Below, one piece after another: positions 15,162-15,687 of a stretch of 15,687 bases of DNA. Position numbers and translations under genes: made by a program. Each line of letters starts with the position of its first letter. The stretch's first letter is position 1. Source of the DNA: Chitinophagales bacterium (GTDB lineage: Bacteria; Bacteroidota; Bacteroidia; Chitinophagales; Chitinophagaceae); NCBI GenBank assembly GCA_015655435.1, contig JAATFC010000117.1, forward strand, positions 1 through 15,687, in the 5' to 3' direction. The notes under the pieces were generated by a model. The model had not been told where the DNA came from. It made no database searches and saw nothing but the letters and a program-made list of their open reading frames with translations.

Positions 15162-15632
15162 ATGACAAAAAGATTTGCATATATAGTTTTGTTTTTGGTC
15201 AGCAGTTTTTTGTTTGCATGTAAATACAAAGTCGGGTTCTACGAGAAAACGGTAGTCGTTCCGAATCATGCGTGGGCATCTAGTTTTCGCCCGACATTTA
15301 CTTTTGAGATTACGGATACTACGACATCTTACAATATCTATGTAATCACGAGGCACACCGATGCTTATCATTACAACAATATGTGGATAGAATTTACCTC
15401 TATTGCGCCGGCCAGTGTAGCGGAGACGCAGAAGCTCAACCTAAAACTGGGCGACAATGCCAAATGGCTGGGCTCAAGTATGGATGACATAGTCGAGCAC
15501 CGAATCCTAGTCAACAGAAATCCCGTAAAACTGAAATCCGGCAAGTACATCTTCACACTTCAAAACATCATGCGTGAAGACCCTTTGGAAGAAGTGATGA
15601 ACGTTGGGATAAGAGTGAGCAAGGTGGAATAA
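15162..15632 (+). CDS. gldH: GldH-like gliding-motility lipoprotein
   Basis: 156 aa. Lipoprotein signal with lipobox LFAC (SSFLFAC-KYK). Size and overall pattern as I recall for Bacteroidetes GldH. Lies 13 nt after yicC. Assignment is from memory only. Confidence 0.5.
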   Translation: MTKRFAYIVLFLVSSFLFACKYKVGFYEKTVVVPNHAWASSFRPTFTFEITDTTTSYNIYVITRHTDAYHYNNMWIEFTSIAPASVAETQKLNLKLGDNAKWLGSSMDDIVEHRILVNRNPVKLKSGKYIFTLQNIMREDPLEEVMNVGIRVSKVE

Positions 15633-15659
15633 AGATAAAATTTTCTGGTTTAAAAAGGC

Positions 15660-15687
15660 ATTTCTGTGGGAACGTTCCCACAGAAAT
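15660..15687. repeat. Perfect palindrome ATTTCTGTGGGAAC|GTTCCCACAGAAAT (14-bp arms, no spacer) downstream of gldH, truncated by the window end
   Basis: Read directly from the sequence; the arms are exact reverse complements. Lies 27 nt after the gldH stop. Could be a terminator stem or a protein-binding site. Confidence 0.35.

Overview
This is a roughly 40% G+C chromosomal segment that looks Bacteroidetes-derived. The evidence is a GldH-like gliding-motility lipoprotein, a YicC-family protein, almost no Shine-Dalgarno sequences, and TAnnTTTG-type -7 boxes. All of this was judged by eye; no computation was possible.

Gene order:
- + strand: a 540-nt noncoding leader; a cytoplasmic protein-glutamine-glutaminase-like Cys-His-Asp enzyme; a RimJ/RimL-type GNAT acetyltransferase; a DUF2459/TIGR02117-like membrane-anchored protein; a small two-TM protein.
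- - strand: a 632-aa YqiK-type flotillin (SPFH) protein.
- + strand: a secreted SH3b-like protein; rpsO (S15) and pnp (PNPase) with an intergenic attenuator hairpin; a small OmpX-like beta-barrel protein.
- A long minus-strand run: small acidic ORF with a canonical SD; MtaB-like radical-SAM methylthiotransferase; a markedly low-GC islet encoding a 150-aa secreted protein; an A-type Fe-S carrier (ErpA/IscA); an OmpR-family response regulator and its sensor histidine kinase (overlapping).
- + strand: yicC, then gldH.

No tRNA, rRNA, CRISPR array, integrase or transposase was seen.

Most noteworthy:
- Two copies of a 17-bp TTGGC-N6-GCCAAC dyad in the leader of the glutaminase-like/GNAT/DUF2459 cluster.
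- The low-GC single-gene islet inserted into an otherwise co-directional housekeeping array.
- The kinase-regulator-ErpA operon with tandem TTTTGACTT repeats immediately upstream of erpA.
- A perfect 14-bp-arm palindrome cut by the window end.
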